DNA of 57,786 bases, filler included, from Sphacelaria rigidula (GCA_964200075.2; 7 parts of 7 records of this genome joined end to end with filler, not necessarily neighbours in it), one strand, 5' to 3'; numbered from the whole stretch's first letter, positions 38,608-50,539 are shown. Made by a program: numbers and translations. Notes: a model not told the origin generated them from the sequence alone.

Positions 38608-38693
38608 CGAGTGTCGTCGCCGTCAGGACTTGTGCGGGATCCGTTCTGGCGGTCAAGAAGATGGAGAGAAACCATGCAACCAGGGGTAACCAG
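38608..38693 (+). CDS. Protein kinase, exon with subdomain II lysine
   Basis: atcAG|CG ... CAG|GTACGA, phase 1/0; (A)SVVAVRTCAGSVLAVKKMERNHATRGNQ. Confidence 0.88.
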
Positions 38694-38844
38694 GTACGAG
38701 GAATGTTTGCAATCCTGTGAAGACAAGCTATCTCTCTGGACTTGGCTATGAGAACCCTCTGCTCACAGGCTGGCCCCAGCAAAAGAGATCAAAACACTGT
38801 CACGGGGGTGAACAGCACCAAAGCGCCGAAACATTCCACAAGTG

Positions 38845-39177
38845 CACACGCGGCCATTTGGCTACACCACACATTACCTCCGGAGGGATGCGCGACCCTC
38901 CAGGGGGAAAACAAGCCTCCGGAGCCGTTTCATCCCTCTGGAGGGAACCAAACTCTATCGACTCGGAGGGCCGTGCACTCCTCCGGAGGAATTTGGGGGT
39001 ATGCGCGGCCCTCCAGAGGCAAAAATAAGCCTCCGGAGGTGTTTGATCCCTCTGGAGGAAACCAAAAAATATCCTCCGGGGGGGCGCGCCCCCCTCCGGA
39101 GGCGTTTAATTTCTCTGGAGGCTTGAAAAGTTTACCCACCTGGAGGAATTTTGGAGGTAGCCAAATGGCCGCGTGTG
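38845..39177. mobile_element. MITE family E in kinase intron
   Basis: Perfect 21-bp TIRs cacacgcggccatttggctac / gtagccaaatggccgcgtgtg; TG on both flanks; internal cctccggagg palindromes and a ~113-bp duplication. Confidence 0.85.
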
Positions 39178-39802
39178 TGTACATCCCATTCCCTGCCACC
39201 GCCCAGCCACCCCGGAGTGCTCAGCGTGCTCTGGTTGACGTTCTGGCATTTTCGGCACCTCCTCCTGTTCGAGCAAGCACACCGAATACGACCTGGTAGA
39301 GGTAGTAAGGGCACAGTTGAAGGACAGTTCGATATAAAGATTAATCAACATGCCCAACAATCTAGCACGATTGTCCTGAAGTTTGGTGCGTATGTTGCTG
39401 ACACCGCAGCGATAGTGATTATACCTATTTTGACACCCAACTCGTCGCCGTTTGTATGTTATGGCCGGAACAAAGCACAACAAATCCATGTGTGAGACAA
39501 CCAGGTATGGGACGTCCAGGCTGTTGGGAAGGTGACGTTCTTGCATCTTTTCCTCGGGGTTTGAAGAAGTAGGGCCTGAGATCTCTAGGAGAGAAATGTG
39601 TTGACCATTCGAAGGTCTCCTTACCGTGCATGCTTGAGCGACAAATCCCCGGAGAGACTTTCTACTATTTCGCTGTAAGCAGCTCTTCGCAGGCAGGGTT
39701 TTGTCACTGGTTGCTCAGATCAACAGAAGCGAATCTTCAACGTCTCTCCCTCGCTCAGTTCTCCTCGTCTTTGCGTGCCTTCTGTCGGTGCATCCTGCTC
39801 AG

Positions 39803-39897
39803 GACGATGTTATTACCCGCGAGCTGGGCTTGCTCACCGAGTGCGCTGGCCATCCTAACGTCGTGGAAGCAGTAGGGTACATGAAGACTACCGAAAT
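39803..39897 (+). CDS. Protein kinase, exon with subdomains III-IV
   Basis: ctcAG|GAC ... AT|GTGAGA, phase 0/2; DDVITRELGLLTECAGHPNVVEAVGYMKTTE. Confidence 0.88.
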
Positions 39898-40678
39898 GTG
39901 AGATAAAAGATTGCTGAAGTTTTGCGAAACAAGCCATGTAGTTTGTCATCCTGTCAACCACCGATCTCTGTGTTCCACGGCGCACATGCAAATTTCGCCC
40001 GGGGTGGTATTGTGCAGGTAGGCGCGGATACGTGTATATCCTTCATGGCAGATGTGGTACATTCTTGTAATTGCGTCGTTTGGAATTGGCCGCAGCATCC
40101 GGCGCCCCAGATGATCGGAATATATCGCAAACTGAAGGGTTGGGGCACTAAGACCTCTCCATCGGAAATAAAACGAGATAGACGATGGAGCTAGAAGGTC
40201 AAGAACATCTAACAATCCTGGTGCTACCGGGCAATTGGATTGGATTGTCCATTTCAGCGAAATAAAAAAAACACTATCGAGATTACCTTTGAAAGGATGC
40301 AATTTTCTCAAAAGTCTGTGGGGGATTGAAACATCCTCTTTACCACGGCGTCGGCGATCGGACCGCACACGATACACCGCAGGACCTAAGGGTCATGATT
40401 TCGAATCCAACCGCGACCACCGTGAAGAAAAGAATGCGCTCACCGAAGTTAAGCTGGCCACAAGCATGATGGGGGACCTCACCGAATTTCATCACCGTAG
40501 TACTGTCATATAAAGTGCTCGTTTTAATTGTTCAATGTAGAGGTGGGGACCCACACTTTGGAAGACTGATGATTGTGAAGGGCAAAGGGATGGACAATCC
40601 TCCTCGCTCGTCCGCTGGACAACCGTTTAGCCCTCGAAGTCTCTCGCTGAAGTGGCAAGGAGACTCATGGAGCGAGGT

Positions 40679-40970
40679 GTACTCATGATCTTGCATGCCT
40701 TAGCCATATGGCCATTGACCTCGTATCCCTACGGAGCCGGGACGGGGCACGCCGGGGTTTCGCCGGACCAGGCTCACAGTCACCAAGCCCGAAGCGCCGT
40801 GATGTCGAGTCGCATATAAGGGGCGATCTTTATCCTGCTAAAATCGTTACGCCCGAAGCGTACTGATTGCTTTGCGTATGGCTGACAGCCTCGAATGATT
40901 TGCTTCATTTTCTGGTATCGCCAATATCAGCGACAGCCACGCGTTACAAGGCCTCATGGATGCCTGACCA
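40679..40970 (-). repeat. ~290-nt repeat, second copy
   Basis: Collinear with 10986-11278; begins gtactcatgatcttgcatgccttagccatatggccattgacctcg. Confidence 0.75.
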
Positions 40971-41181
40971 TTTGAACACTGCGTAGCATGATCGTCTCCT
41001 TCGCGTGGAGTTGAGGTTCTCCCACCCCGCACAATATGATCTAGCTCTATCACCATCATGGTTACCGCACAACAAGCGCAAGCGCAACCAAACGCGGTAA
41101 TGTGGTTGCCTCGCTTACGCAGGGAGTGGCGTGTTTCGCCGCGTCATTACCAACCGACGCCGAACCCTCAAGGGGCAGGGT

Positions 41182-41248
41182 GTACTCATGATCATGCATG
41201 CCATAGTCGTAAGACCATTGACCTCGCGTCCCTACAATGCCGGGACGG
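41182..41248 (-). repeat. ~290-nt repeat, third copy cut by the contig edge
   Basis: gtactcatgatcatgcatgccatagtcgtaagaccattgacctcgcgtccctacaatgccgggacgg. Confidence 0.75.
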
Positions 41249-41348
41249 NNNNNNNNNNNNNNNNNNNNNNNNNNNNNNNNNNNNNNNNNNNNTTAATTAA
41301 TTAANNNNNNNNNNNNNNNNNNNNNNNNNNNNNNNNNNNNNNNNNNNN
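41249..41348. other. Artificial contig linker
   Basis: N44-TTAATTAATTAA-N44. Confidence 0.98.
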
Positions 41349-41512
41349 CGTGTATGTCGGTCCGGAACGTTATCTACGGCGGTCCCCGTTATATGTACGG
41401 TGGCAGTCTGTACATTTGTCTAGGTTTTGGTGGCTTTGTTTTACAGCGTCGTTGCCACTCGACGCCAACCCAAGAGTCTAGAGGTTCGGGGGGAGGTTCG
41501 GGGGGGGGGGGT

Positions 41513-41577
41513 ATACTCATTTTTTGCTTGCCTTAGTCGTTTGAACGTTGACCACGCATCCCTTTCGAGACGGAGCA
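41513..41577 (-). repeat. 65-nt repeat, full copy
   Basis: Reverse complement of 8032-8096 with a few mismatches; preceded by a G-run. Confidence 0.85.
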
Positions 41578-41619
41578 AGGCTAGTTCGGGGGGGCGGGGG
41601 GTCTACATGTTAATCAAAA

Positions 41620-41800
41620 TTATAAAAAGACGAGCACACCGAGCAGCTGGAAATTCCCACGCAGTAGCTTGGAACTCTAATGCTGGGGATCGTTTTCGCC
41701 AGTGCCGTCCGTATGAGGCGCCTTATGCAGTCTGAAACCAGCAACCATGCGTTGTATGACTCCTTTCTTCGGAGAGAAGTCTTGAAGCTGCTTTGGGGCG
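41620..41800. repeat. MITE family B interior without TIRs
   Basis: gagcacaccgagcagctggaaattcccacgc...cgttttcgcc...ctgaaacc...tgtatgac matches 18785-18900. Confidence 0.65.
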
Positions 41801-42900
41801 GGGACTATCGCGGGCATCACTCTTGCGTAATCACACGCCGACGGACGTCTTGGACGGCAAGACTCCACTGGGTGTATGGTCAAACAAAAGCCCCTTGGTA
41901 GTCTGGAACACTCAAACGAGTGGGGTTGAACCGCCTTTATACATGTAGAGGAACACCAAAGGAACGGCAAACTGACGCCCCGCCAAGGTGTATCTCGAGG
42001 CGTACAACATCAAAGTCATAAGTTATCGATTGTGGGACTAGGCGATACCTCGAACTACCAATAACAGTGCGGAGGTCGCATTTCGTAACAAGGAAGCTCG
42101 GGGTATTCCAACACCTAAAAACGGAACAGATCACCTAAAAACGGAACAGATCCTTTTCCCGAAGACTACGAACCAAACGGCACCCTCGACGGACTCGCAC
42201 CAGGGGGCACGGCGCCGATCACTGAGGCAGCGCCAGCAGCCACGGCAGCGCCTCCGATCAGGAAGAGTGCGCGTCAACGCAAACTACCACCTGGTGGCAA
42301 GATTGGGCACTGAAGAGCGACGTACCAGATGAAGCCTTTGATTGTGCGGAGTACGTACTGATTACAGGAGGAAGTTTAGCTCCCGGATGGTCTCGTTCAG
42401 GGATGACATCATGACAACCGGATGGCCCTCGCACTTATCAAGAGGCGGCCAGCGGACCCGAAGCTGCTACCCTGCGTGCGAGCGTGGAGGAGTAGACGAA
42501 ATCCCCCTACGACCACGAGGTCTTCGGCTGGGTTGACGTACTCGGTGAATGTCAGGTGATACCGTCAAGGTTTTTGTTCCGAACAAAATTCGACAAGGAC
42601 GAGAAACTGACCAGATTCACAGCTAGAGTTGTGGTTCAAGGGTTCCACGAGTTGAACACCGGAGCCGACAGGGCAGCACCCGTCGCTTTAGTAGAACCTG
42701 TTCGCGTAGTTATCGCCAACTTGGTACGCAATGGATTTGAGTTTACGAATGCTGTACATCCAGACTACGTTCCTTCAGGCACGGATGGACGAGAATCATT
42801 TACCCGTATACGTTATGCTCCCTTGAGTATTCCAGTGTTTTGAGGCGGAGAGGAGCAAAATGTGGTAACTCAAAGCGATAAGGTGAAGGAGGGGTCATCT
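41800..42900 (+). mobile_element. Ty1/Copia pol remnant (integrase C-terminus to start of RT)
   Basis: 42553-42740 encodes QVIPSRFLFRTKFDKDEKLTRFTARVVVQGFHE...AAPVALVEPVRVVIA (Copia K/TARLVxxG motif); upstream limit approximate. Confidence 0.75.
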
Positions 42901-42940
42901 GCAAGCCCAAGAACAGATTCCAGACATTGGATCTCGGCGA

Positions 42941-43196
42941 GAGTTATGCTACGGTAGGGGTACATTTTTTTTTTCTGGGGTTGGAATTGTTAGAAACCCT
43001 CCATCTAATCCAAAACACGACTTATGAAACATGTGAGAGTACGCCAGGGTTACTGTTCCAATGTGCTGGACATGTCCCGAACGAATTAGTAAACGGGGAC
43101 GTCCTGAAATACGTTTTTATGCATCTAGAATCGTTAGGAGCCCCTGAACCAGACAAGATTTCGCGCAAAAAGTGCACCCCTACCGTAGCATTGCTC
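42941..43196. mobile_element. MITE family C (Sola2-like ends)
   Basis: TIRs gagttatgctacggtaggggtaca / tgcacccctaccgtagcattgctc; perfect 4-bp TSD GCGA. Confidence 0.88.
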
Positions 43197-44091
43197 GCGA
43201 CGCCAAATGTACTTGGTACTCCAGCTATCTTAAACGACGACGCCGGATTCGTCACCTTTACGCATGAGGCGTACGCATAGTCAAATATCAAAACGTACGC
43301 ATGAGCAACTTGTTAATTGTATGTTGTTGTACACCCACAAGTGACTGGAAAAATCTGACACTGGCAGATGTTAAGCTGCCAAGCTAGCTGTGGCTCAGCT
43401 GCGCAAGAAGAAAATATTGGTGTTGAATGGGCGCTTATGGCCTACAAAGACTTATGCAGAGAACAATGAACCGTTGGAGTTTATGGTACGCTGACGACGT
43501 GAAGGGTGAAAGAGTGGGGCTCGCGATGTGCTCGGGAGCTCTCTCGCGGTCGTCTTCTCGAAATATTGCATTCTACCACATCGCATTTGGGTCATACGGA
43601 CCGTTTCTCAGATCGATCCAAATGTTCCAGACGAAAATTCCAGTATTTGAGAACTTCAACCAACACCGGTTACGCAATATAAACACCAAACGTGGCATAC
43701 TACCTGCGCTATGCTACCGAGTATGGCCTGGATAGGATAATATATAATAGAAAATAATACCATACCAACGCCGATCCCTGACACCCTCTCCCTACAATGG
43801 AAGTTGCCTACGCGTATATATCCTAACTATTTTGCATGGTTCTCAACTACGGATAAACGCCCAATAGGTGCCTCGCTTTCTCCCTCCAAGTGCCAAGTTG
43901 ATAAGGGACTTTTCACCATAGAACTTGTGTCGGCACGATACCTGGTGAGTAACCAATGTTCATGTACCAAGCAAGTGTCTAACTGCTATTAGAATTTTCA
44001 CATTCTTCTCATGAGCCAGGTCAACCCTTTTTGGACTGAAAGAGGACGAGTGACGACTGGATGATCAACAGTCTACTTAGTATGCGCGAGG

Positions 44092-44357
44092 GAGCAATGC
44101 TACGGTAGGGGTTGCACTTTTTCAACGAACGGGGTTGTTCGGGGTGTTGCACGGGTCGTTTTGAGAATCGGCATCGTTTTTACTTGAAAAAGACTGATAA
44201 TGATGCCGATTCACGAAAATAGCCCTGCGTGCAATCACCATGTTTCTGGGAGTCCGGTCCCCAGAGATTTGGGTTGCACAGTAAGCCCCATATATTCGGG
44301 CTCCTACGAAAAAGAGACCCAGAGACAAACAGTGCAACCCCTGCCGTGGCATTGCTC
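44092..44357. mobile_element. MITE family C, subfamily with different interior
   Basis: TIRs gagcaatgctacggtaggggttgcact / agtgcaacccctgccgtggcattgctc; perfect 4-bp TSD GAGG. Confidence 0.88.
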
Positions 44358-44451
44358 GAGGTAAAACTGCCCAGTGCAAACTACAAATCGCACACGATTG
44401 CTGTGGTATCTTCAAAACGACTACTTGTACTCAGAGTGATGCCGCGGCAGC

Positions 44452-44615
44452 ACCCCCCTCAAACCAACCCCAAAACCGTCACGATGGAAATGGTCATACA
44501 GCGCATGATAGTCGGTTTCAGACTGCATGATGTGGTTCACATGGGCGACATCGACGGAAACGATCCCAAGGGTGGGAGTTCCTAGTTGCTCGGTGTGCCC
44601 GGCTTGCCATTTTGA
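44452..44615. repeat. MITE family B interior without TIRs
   Basis: gtcacgatggaaatggtcatacagcgc...ctgcatga...cccaag...gctcggtgtgcccggctt matches 13435-13570. Confidence 0.6.
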
Positions 44616-45039
44616 ATTCAATGCAGATTTTGCCTCCCCAAACCAGCCACTGTTCTGGAGCGGGACCACCACGTCATTAGTGTGCTCTCTCTGCTACACC
44701 GTTACTGCGAGAAAGTCACACTGGATCACCGAAAGCCAAGCAAGCGAACGATCATGCAACAGATGGGGGAACCCTTGACATCCACTTCATAAACAAACTC
44801 CACGATGATTTACGAAAAATGCCCTGTACATATTTTAGCGCAGATTGATTCTCTCGGAGTACCTCGAACGTCAAGATCGACACGGGTGCTAGACCATCTT
44901 ATTTGCTCTCATGACGACGTGGCTTTCGTCGAGGATTCTTGTCCAAGGTTTGCGTTGTTGTTCAAGGTCCAAAGCTTCTGGTTTTGTCGATGGGGTCCCG
45001 GTGACGCTTCTTGTTCGGGTGATTTTTTCCGATAGTAGC

Positions 45040-48000
45040 GAGTGTCTGCTCTGTGGATATATGTAGTAGATCTTCTTGACCTTGTCCTCTTTCACCATTT
45101 CGTGGATATGGAGGAAACGTAAGACTGCATGTCTCGTGCAAGCGTTGAAAGTTCGGATGCCGATGACGTGGAGCGAAGCCGTTTTGTCGCTGTACAATGG
45201 TACGCCGTCAAACTCCGCCTCGGATCTGAACTCCGTCATAACATTCGAGCATATCATCGCATCTTTCACCGCCAGCGCCGCAGCCATCATCTTAGCTTCC
45301 ATCGTTGACACGGCCGTGAAACTCTGCAGTCCCGAGAGTTGAAGCTCGCCGGGGTCTTACTACCATCAGGATGTACGATGATATCGACTTGCGGTTGTTC
45401 GAGTTCTTGCCCCAGTTGAGATCCGGGAGCCCTTTGAGGACGAATCCTCCCTTCTTCTCTAGGTGACTCTGAAGTCCGTTATGCCGACGAGGTATCGAAG
45501 AAGATGCTTTGCAGCAATCATGTGAACCTTTGAAGGTTTCGACATGGCCCGAGCCACCAACCTGGTAGCGTACATGCAGTCGTAGCGAGTGACCTGAGTA
45601 AGGTATATCACCGAGTCGGCGGTAGCATGGTAGTCCTACTTGTCTAACGCGTTGAGAAGCTCCTCCAGTTCTTCCAGCAATAGCTCCGCACTAAACTCGG
45701 GTGTGTCCAGCGATTTGCAACTCCCCATGCCAAACCTCTCCACCACAGACTTCGCGTAGTTCTGCTGGCTGATGGTCAGTGTGCCCTCCTCGCGGTCCCG
45801 CTTGACCTGCATGTCGAGAGCGAGTAAGACAATCCCCTTGTCGGTCATCCTGACCCGGCTCATCAGCTTCATCTTTATGGCCCCGAGCACCGAGATATTT
45901 ACTCCAGGTACAAGAATGTCGTCAACGTAGAACGTAAATATGATGGCCATATCGTCGTTCTTATACATTTATACGCATATGTCAGACTTGAGAGGCACCG
46001 ATTCAACGTCCGCCAGATACGAGTCGATGGTTCCCCACCTCTTCTGACAACTTCGAGCCAACCCGTAGAAACTATTGTGCAAGTTCATTATGAGTGGCAC
46101 TCCCGCCTTGTCTGCGGTCTCGTAGCCGGGCGTCATCTTGACGTATGCTTCCTTCTCAACATCCGCGATGAGAATGGGGTCTGCACGTCCAGCTGATAGG
46201 CCTCCCAGGTCAATTACGTCGCTGTGACAAGGATCACATGCTCCGGAGTATGCAGACCGGGGCGAAAGTGCCCCCACAGTCTCTGCCCGGCACTTGATTT
46301 CAACCCTGAGCAACCAGGCGCCCCTTGTGTATTCCGTCCGCCTCAATCATATACACTCGGACCTCTGCGGTTAACGTGCCCCAAGCGCCGGTGCCCCAAG
46401 TCCGCCGGCTCAGCTCGCATGACCATCGTCATTGCTCCACCACGCAGATCCAGCGAAAAGAATTACGACATTCCGTCGTCCCCAACCTGTTCCAACAGCA
46501 AAGTGATGTTTCCCATCACCAGTCGCGATTGAACAGAGTCGAAAATAGTAACGGCTCCCATGTTCGATGCCGCATCCACAGAAAGTAGATGCCGCCCCAC
46601 ACCAGGCATGACGATGACCGAGATTGAAATCAAGCGCTTCTTGCCATCGCGGTCGGTGATGGTACAAGAAGTGGTGCCCATCGCGACGCCTTCCACGACG
46701 TGTTTTCCAGCGGTGACAATCCCGTCGGGCTGCTCCAGCTCCACGTAGTTTGCCATCTGGCGTTCAACTCCGTGGGCGAGCTGGCTGTCCAGGTAATGTC
46801 CAGACGCACCGCTATCCACCAGCATGATCAGGGACGTGCTGCTGATACTGTCCTCGTTATGCCCCACTGCACCCAAGGCCGTTGACGTCACCACGTAGGA
46901 CTCTTCATCCGGAACTCCGTCGAACGCCCCGAATGATCCCAGAGTAGCAACCGTTGCTTAGGCATTTCCTCAGGCGATGGCTCAAGCACAATTAATGATT
47001 TGTCGGACTCCTCCGGCTTCCTGGACTCCTCCGCCACTGTCCCAAGTATAGTCCCGACGGATATGAAGGAAAACTCAACCGTTAGCTATCGACTTGTGAT
47101 GTCTGGGCGATTCGCGTGCTGCCAATGCTGGCGAAGTTGACGCTGCTGGCCTGCTCCTTCTCCACAACCTTCTGCTTGAGGCAATGCTCGTCTTTGTGGC
47201 TCGTTGGCTTGTGTCAGGAGCACCACTTGGATCCATCTCCTCTTTTTTCTTTTCCGGTGCTCCTTATTCTATCTTTGTTGGTGGTGCTGCTGCTGCGGCC
47301 GCTCCCGCGCAGGTTCAGGACATGCGTTGCGACGTTGCCCGTATTCGTCGCAGTTCAAACGCTAGATTCCGCTGAGGTCGCCGTGCATCGCCTGCATGGC
47401 TACGCCGCGACCGGCGGCACATTTAATGCGTACGTGAGACAGGTTGTCGATGAACATGTTCCGCATTTTGGACTTGACCGCATGCAACCCGTACTTACAG
47501 TCATCGAAGCTGGTCTACCGCGCGAAGCCGTAGTCGTTGGTGATGTAGTGCAGGATGATGTCCTCTTACCGCTCGTCAGATACCATCTCTCCCACGCCAT
47601 GCAGCCGCTGCGGAAAAGAAAAAGGTTGCGGGTCATCCACTACGACCGCTCTAGTTAAGGTATGGATCCTCTCATCTACGAACAAACACTATGAAGCGAG
47701 GTAGCACTGCTCTGGCATACACCGGCAGAAGATAACATATATATATATATATAAATATGGAGAAAAGGGAGAACAGAAAAGGAGTCTACAGTAGTGGTGA
47801 AGCCCAAAGGACATGCAGGGCAGCTGAGCAGATACAGACACACACCAGGGGGCACCGCAGAGCCACCGACCAAGGACACTACCACCAAGTGATGTGAGCA
47901 GACCAGCTTCTTCCATCGGCGACCCTCGACGCAGCGGCCTCTCGTTTGTGACGGCGGTCCGATTCTCGTTTGTCTTCGCGTCGCCGTGTGTCCTCAAACT

Positions 48001-49150
48001 CTTCCGCTCCTTCTTCGACTCCAATATACCATTTATTTGCTCATGTTCTTCGACCCAATCGTATGCATCGTTAAGCTCTACACCGTAGGCGAACCATTTC
48101 CGTCGTGCTACTTTGTGTGGAACAGCCCCTAGTGCACGTAGGTTCTCCTGTAGGCTTCCTTCCATCGCTTGGGAAAACGGCCAGCCTCCTTGGGCCCTCG
48201 TGCGGTTAACCGCCCATTCATTATGCGTTTAGCAACGCGTGTTTTCTTCTGCGGGACAAGGGCTCCCGCACGCGAGAGTTGACTATTGCGGGTAATCGTC
48301 TCGATATGTTCGCAGTTGGTCATCTCGAGCACCGCTCTATACGAAAGAGTCTTTATGTTTCTTGCGTGAAGTTGTCGTACTTACCCGCGAGGGCTTCCCA
48401 GGCAGCTATGCCATCGCCAAGTGCCTCTCCCTGACTCCTGCCCTCGTACTGTCGCATGAGGATGTTCGCCGACCCGGTAGTGGCAAGGTACAGAATCGAG
48501 AAGAGATCTTGGTGCGCTGCCCTCTTGCTGACTCCGGGCATTTCTTCCCCTCCGAAATGAAGAAGATAAATTGAATAGTCGATCACTACACGAATCCTTG
48601 GCCGCCACTCGCGGGGGAAGTTTACTCTCGATCCGAGGGAACACTTTCCCGAAGAGCAGCATCACGTAGGCAAGGAAGAGGCGGAGCACCACTGATGATA
48701 TGGGGCCAAAACGCACTACTCGGGACTCGTTTCGAGAGAACATGTTCACAAAGAGCATTACATAGGCGAGGAAAAGGCGGAGCACCACTGATGATATGGG
48801 AACAGGACGCACTACTCGGGGCGGGTGTGGGCGGCCTACTAAGCAGTAACTGATGGAGCAGCAGCAGTAGTGTGTGGCCCCGTTGTTCCGTTGCGTGCCG
48901 ATGCTCTACAGTTACTTTTTTTCTGGCAGCAGGTATAGCTAGCGGTGGTATGCCACGGGACCTGATGTGGTGGTGCCACCCCCCTGTCCTCTGGGTGACA
49001 TGACAATACAAGAAAAACGAACCAGGGCGGTCTTTTGGTTTTACGTTGTCTGACAAATTTCCCACCATCTCATGAGTTTCCTTATATGTTTGGCTTCCTT
49101 TTTCCTGGTCACCCTTGTCCATCCTCCACGTGCTGATCTGTTTCACGTAC
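45040..49150 (-). mobile_element. Decayed Ty1/Copia retrotransposon (gag-PR-[INT deleted]-RT-RNaseH)
   Basis: gag (QDLFSILYLATTGSA...DGIAAWEALAGKYD; knuckle remnant NCDEYGQRRNAC), protease MLVDSGASGHYLD, GHRRLGHVN, RT (KGRLVAQG, YQLDVQTPF, FYGL, FYVDDILV), RNaseH (STMEA...PLYSDKTASL). LTR limits uncertain. Confidence 0.92.
47683..48333 (-). mobile_element. 5'-truncated RTE LINE nested in Copia gag
   Basis: LEMTNCEHIETITRNSQLSRAGALV...KRIMNGRLTARGPKEAGRFPKRW / SLQENLRALGA matches the RTE C-terminus; flanks ctctcatctacgaa / ctctatacgaa resemble a decayed TSD. Confidence 0.8.
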
Positions 49151-49517
49151 TTGGTGTTTTGGACGATTCGACACAGAGGTGTTCAGAACTTGGTGTGGAT
49201 GACAAGCACGCGGTGCGTTTCCGCGGTGATTTGCGTTTTACTCTATTTTCGCCACCACTAAGCCAACGCAATCATGGGCTGTTTCATGGAACCACCTAAG
49301 GTTCTTTCGACGAATAATCGGTGGTATTAGAAGTTACCCCGATCCGCCTCGCCGTAAGTAAGCTGGTTTCCGAACCATCAGCTATCATCTCGATGCCTTG
49401 TATGGCCAGTTTCTCGTTGAAAAAGTGCCGCCAAATGGGGGGGGGGGGGGGGGGGAAACCATACAGGAGAAAAAATTTTTAGGGGGGACATAAAACAATA
49501 CACCCCCAAAAACTTTT

Positions 49518-49617
49518 NNNNNNNNNNNNNNNNNNNNNNNNNNNNNNNNNNNNNNNNNNNNTTAATTAATTAANNNNNNNNNNNNNNNNNNNNNNNNNNN
49601 NNNNNNNNNNNNNNNNN
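49518..49617. other. Artificial contig linker
   Basis: N44-TTAATTAATTAA-N44. Confidence 0.98.
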
Positions 49618-50539
49618 CGATATGAAGATTTTTCTCCTCCGGGTTCTCATCCTCAATGAAAATTTCCATCCTCAACATAGATGATCCGCTGTTTAAAACA
49701 GATTATATCCAGAGAATGGCCATTTTGGCATATTGTGCCACCCCAGAAAGATTTTCTACAATCCACGAGAGGATTCCCGCGCGCTTTTCCGATCCCTCGT
49801 GTGCCCACTCTCACTGTTGGCCGGGCAACCATTTCTCGAAAGACCCCCATAATTGCCGTGTTTCTCTGGGATTTGCTGGCGTTTTCGGGCAAAACTCGAA
49901 GGTTTTCGTGGGTGTGTGTTGGGTGTGTTGTTGTCCCACTTATTCGTGGGTTGTATGAAAAAATGCCAGTCCGGTAAAAGGTCAACCTGGACGCACAAAA
50001 GATCGACAAAGTTCGCTGGAATCCTCTTGGAGAGTAAATCTTTCCGGGGAGACATATTCCGCCAGGCGGCATTTTTTCTTCATATTTTGTCGCACTTTGA
50101 GCCCCTCCCCTTCCTCGGGACGGGTCCGTGGTCTCAGGGGACCAACTCATCTCTACCCGGGACATGTCTTGCATTTGATCCCGCGGATTGGATCAGGACT
50201 CCCGCACCGCGTCAACTCTCGTCAAAACAAACTCAGTCAAATACTTGTCGTTTACTCACGTACTCATGCTTCCGACGGTGGATATCAGATACGTCGAGGG
50301 AAAAACCCAACGCATCGAGAATCAAACCCATGTTCTCTCCTCCCTGATGGTGACACTCGGACCATTATAATTCACACCACCGGGGCGTGGCGGCATATTC
50401 GGCCGAAAATCGGCGCTGAATCGCCAAAAATGGGCGGCAAAGTGTATCACATGGTTAGAAAATAAATTTCTCAAGCCGATTCAAGGTCTACCAGCGCCAC
50501 ACTTTGTCTCCGAAAACTTCTGCGCCCCCCCTACATCGA

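Noticed and set aside
43427..43735. ORF containing YADD
   Set aside because: No other RT motifs nearby; likely chance.
48688..48800. ctgatga motifs suggesting hammerhead ribozymes (also 33341)
   Set aside because: No stem II followed by GAAA and no pairing stems I/III.
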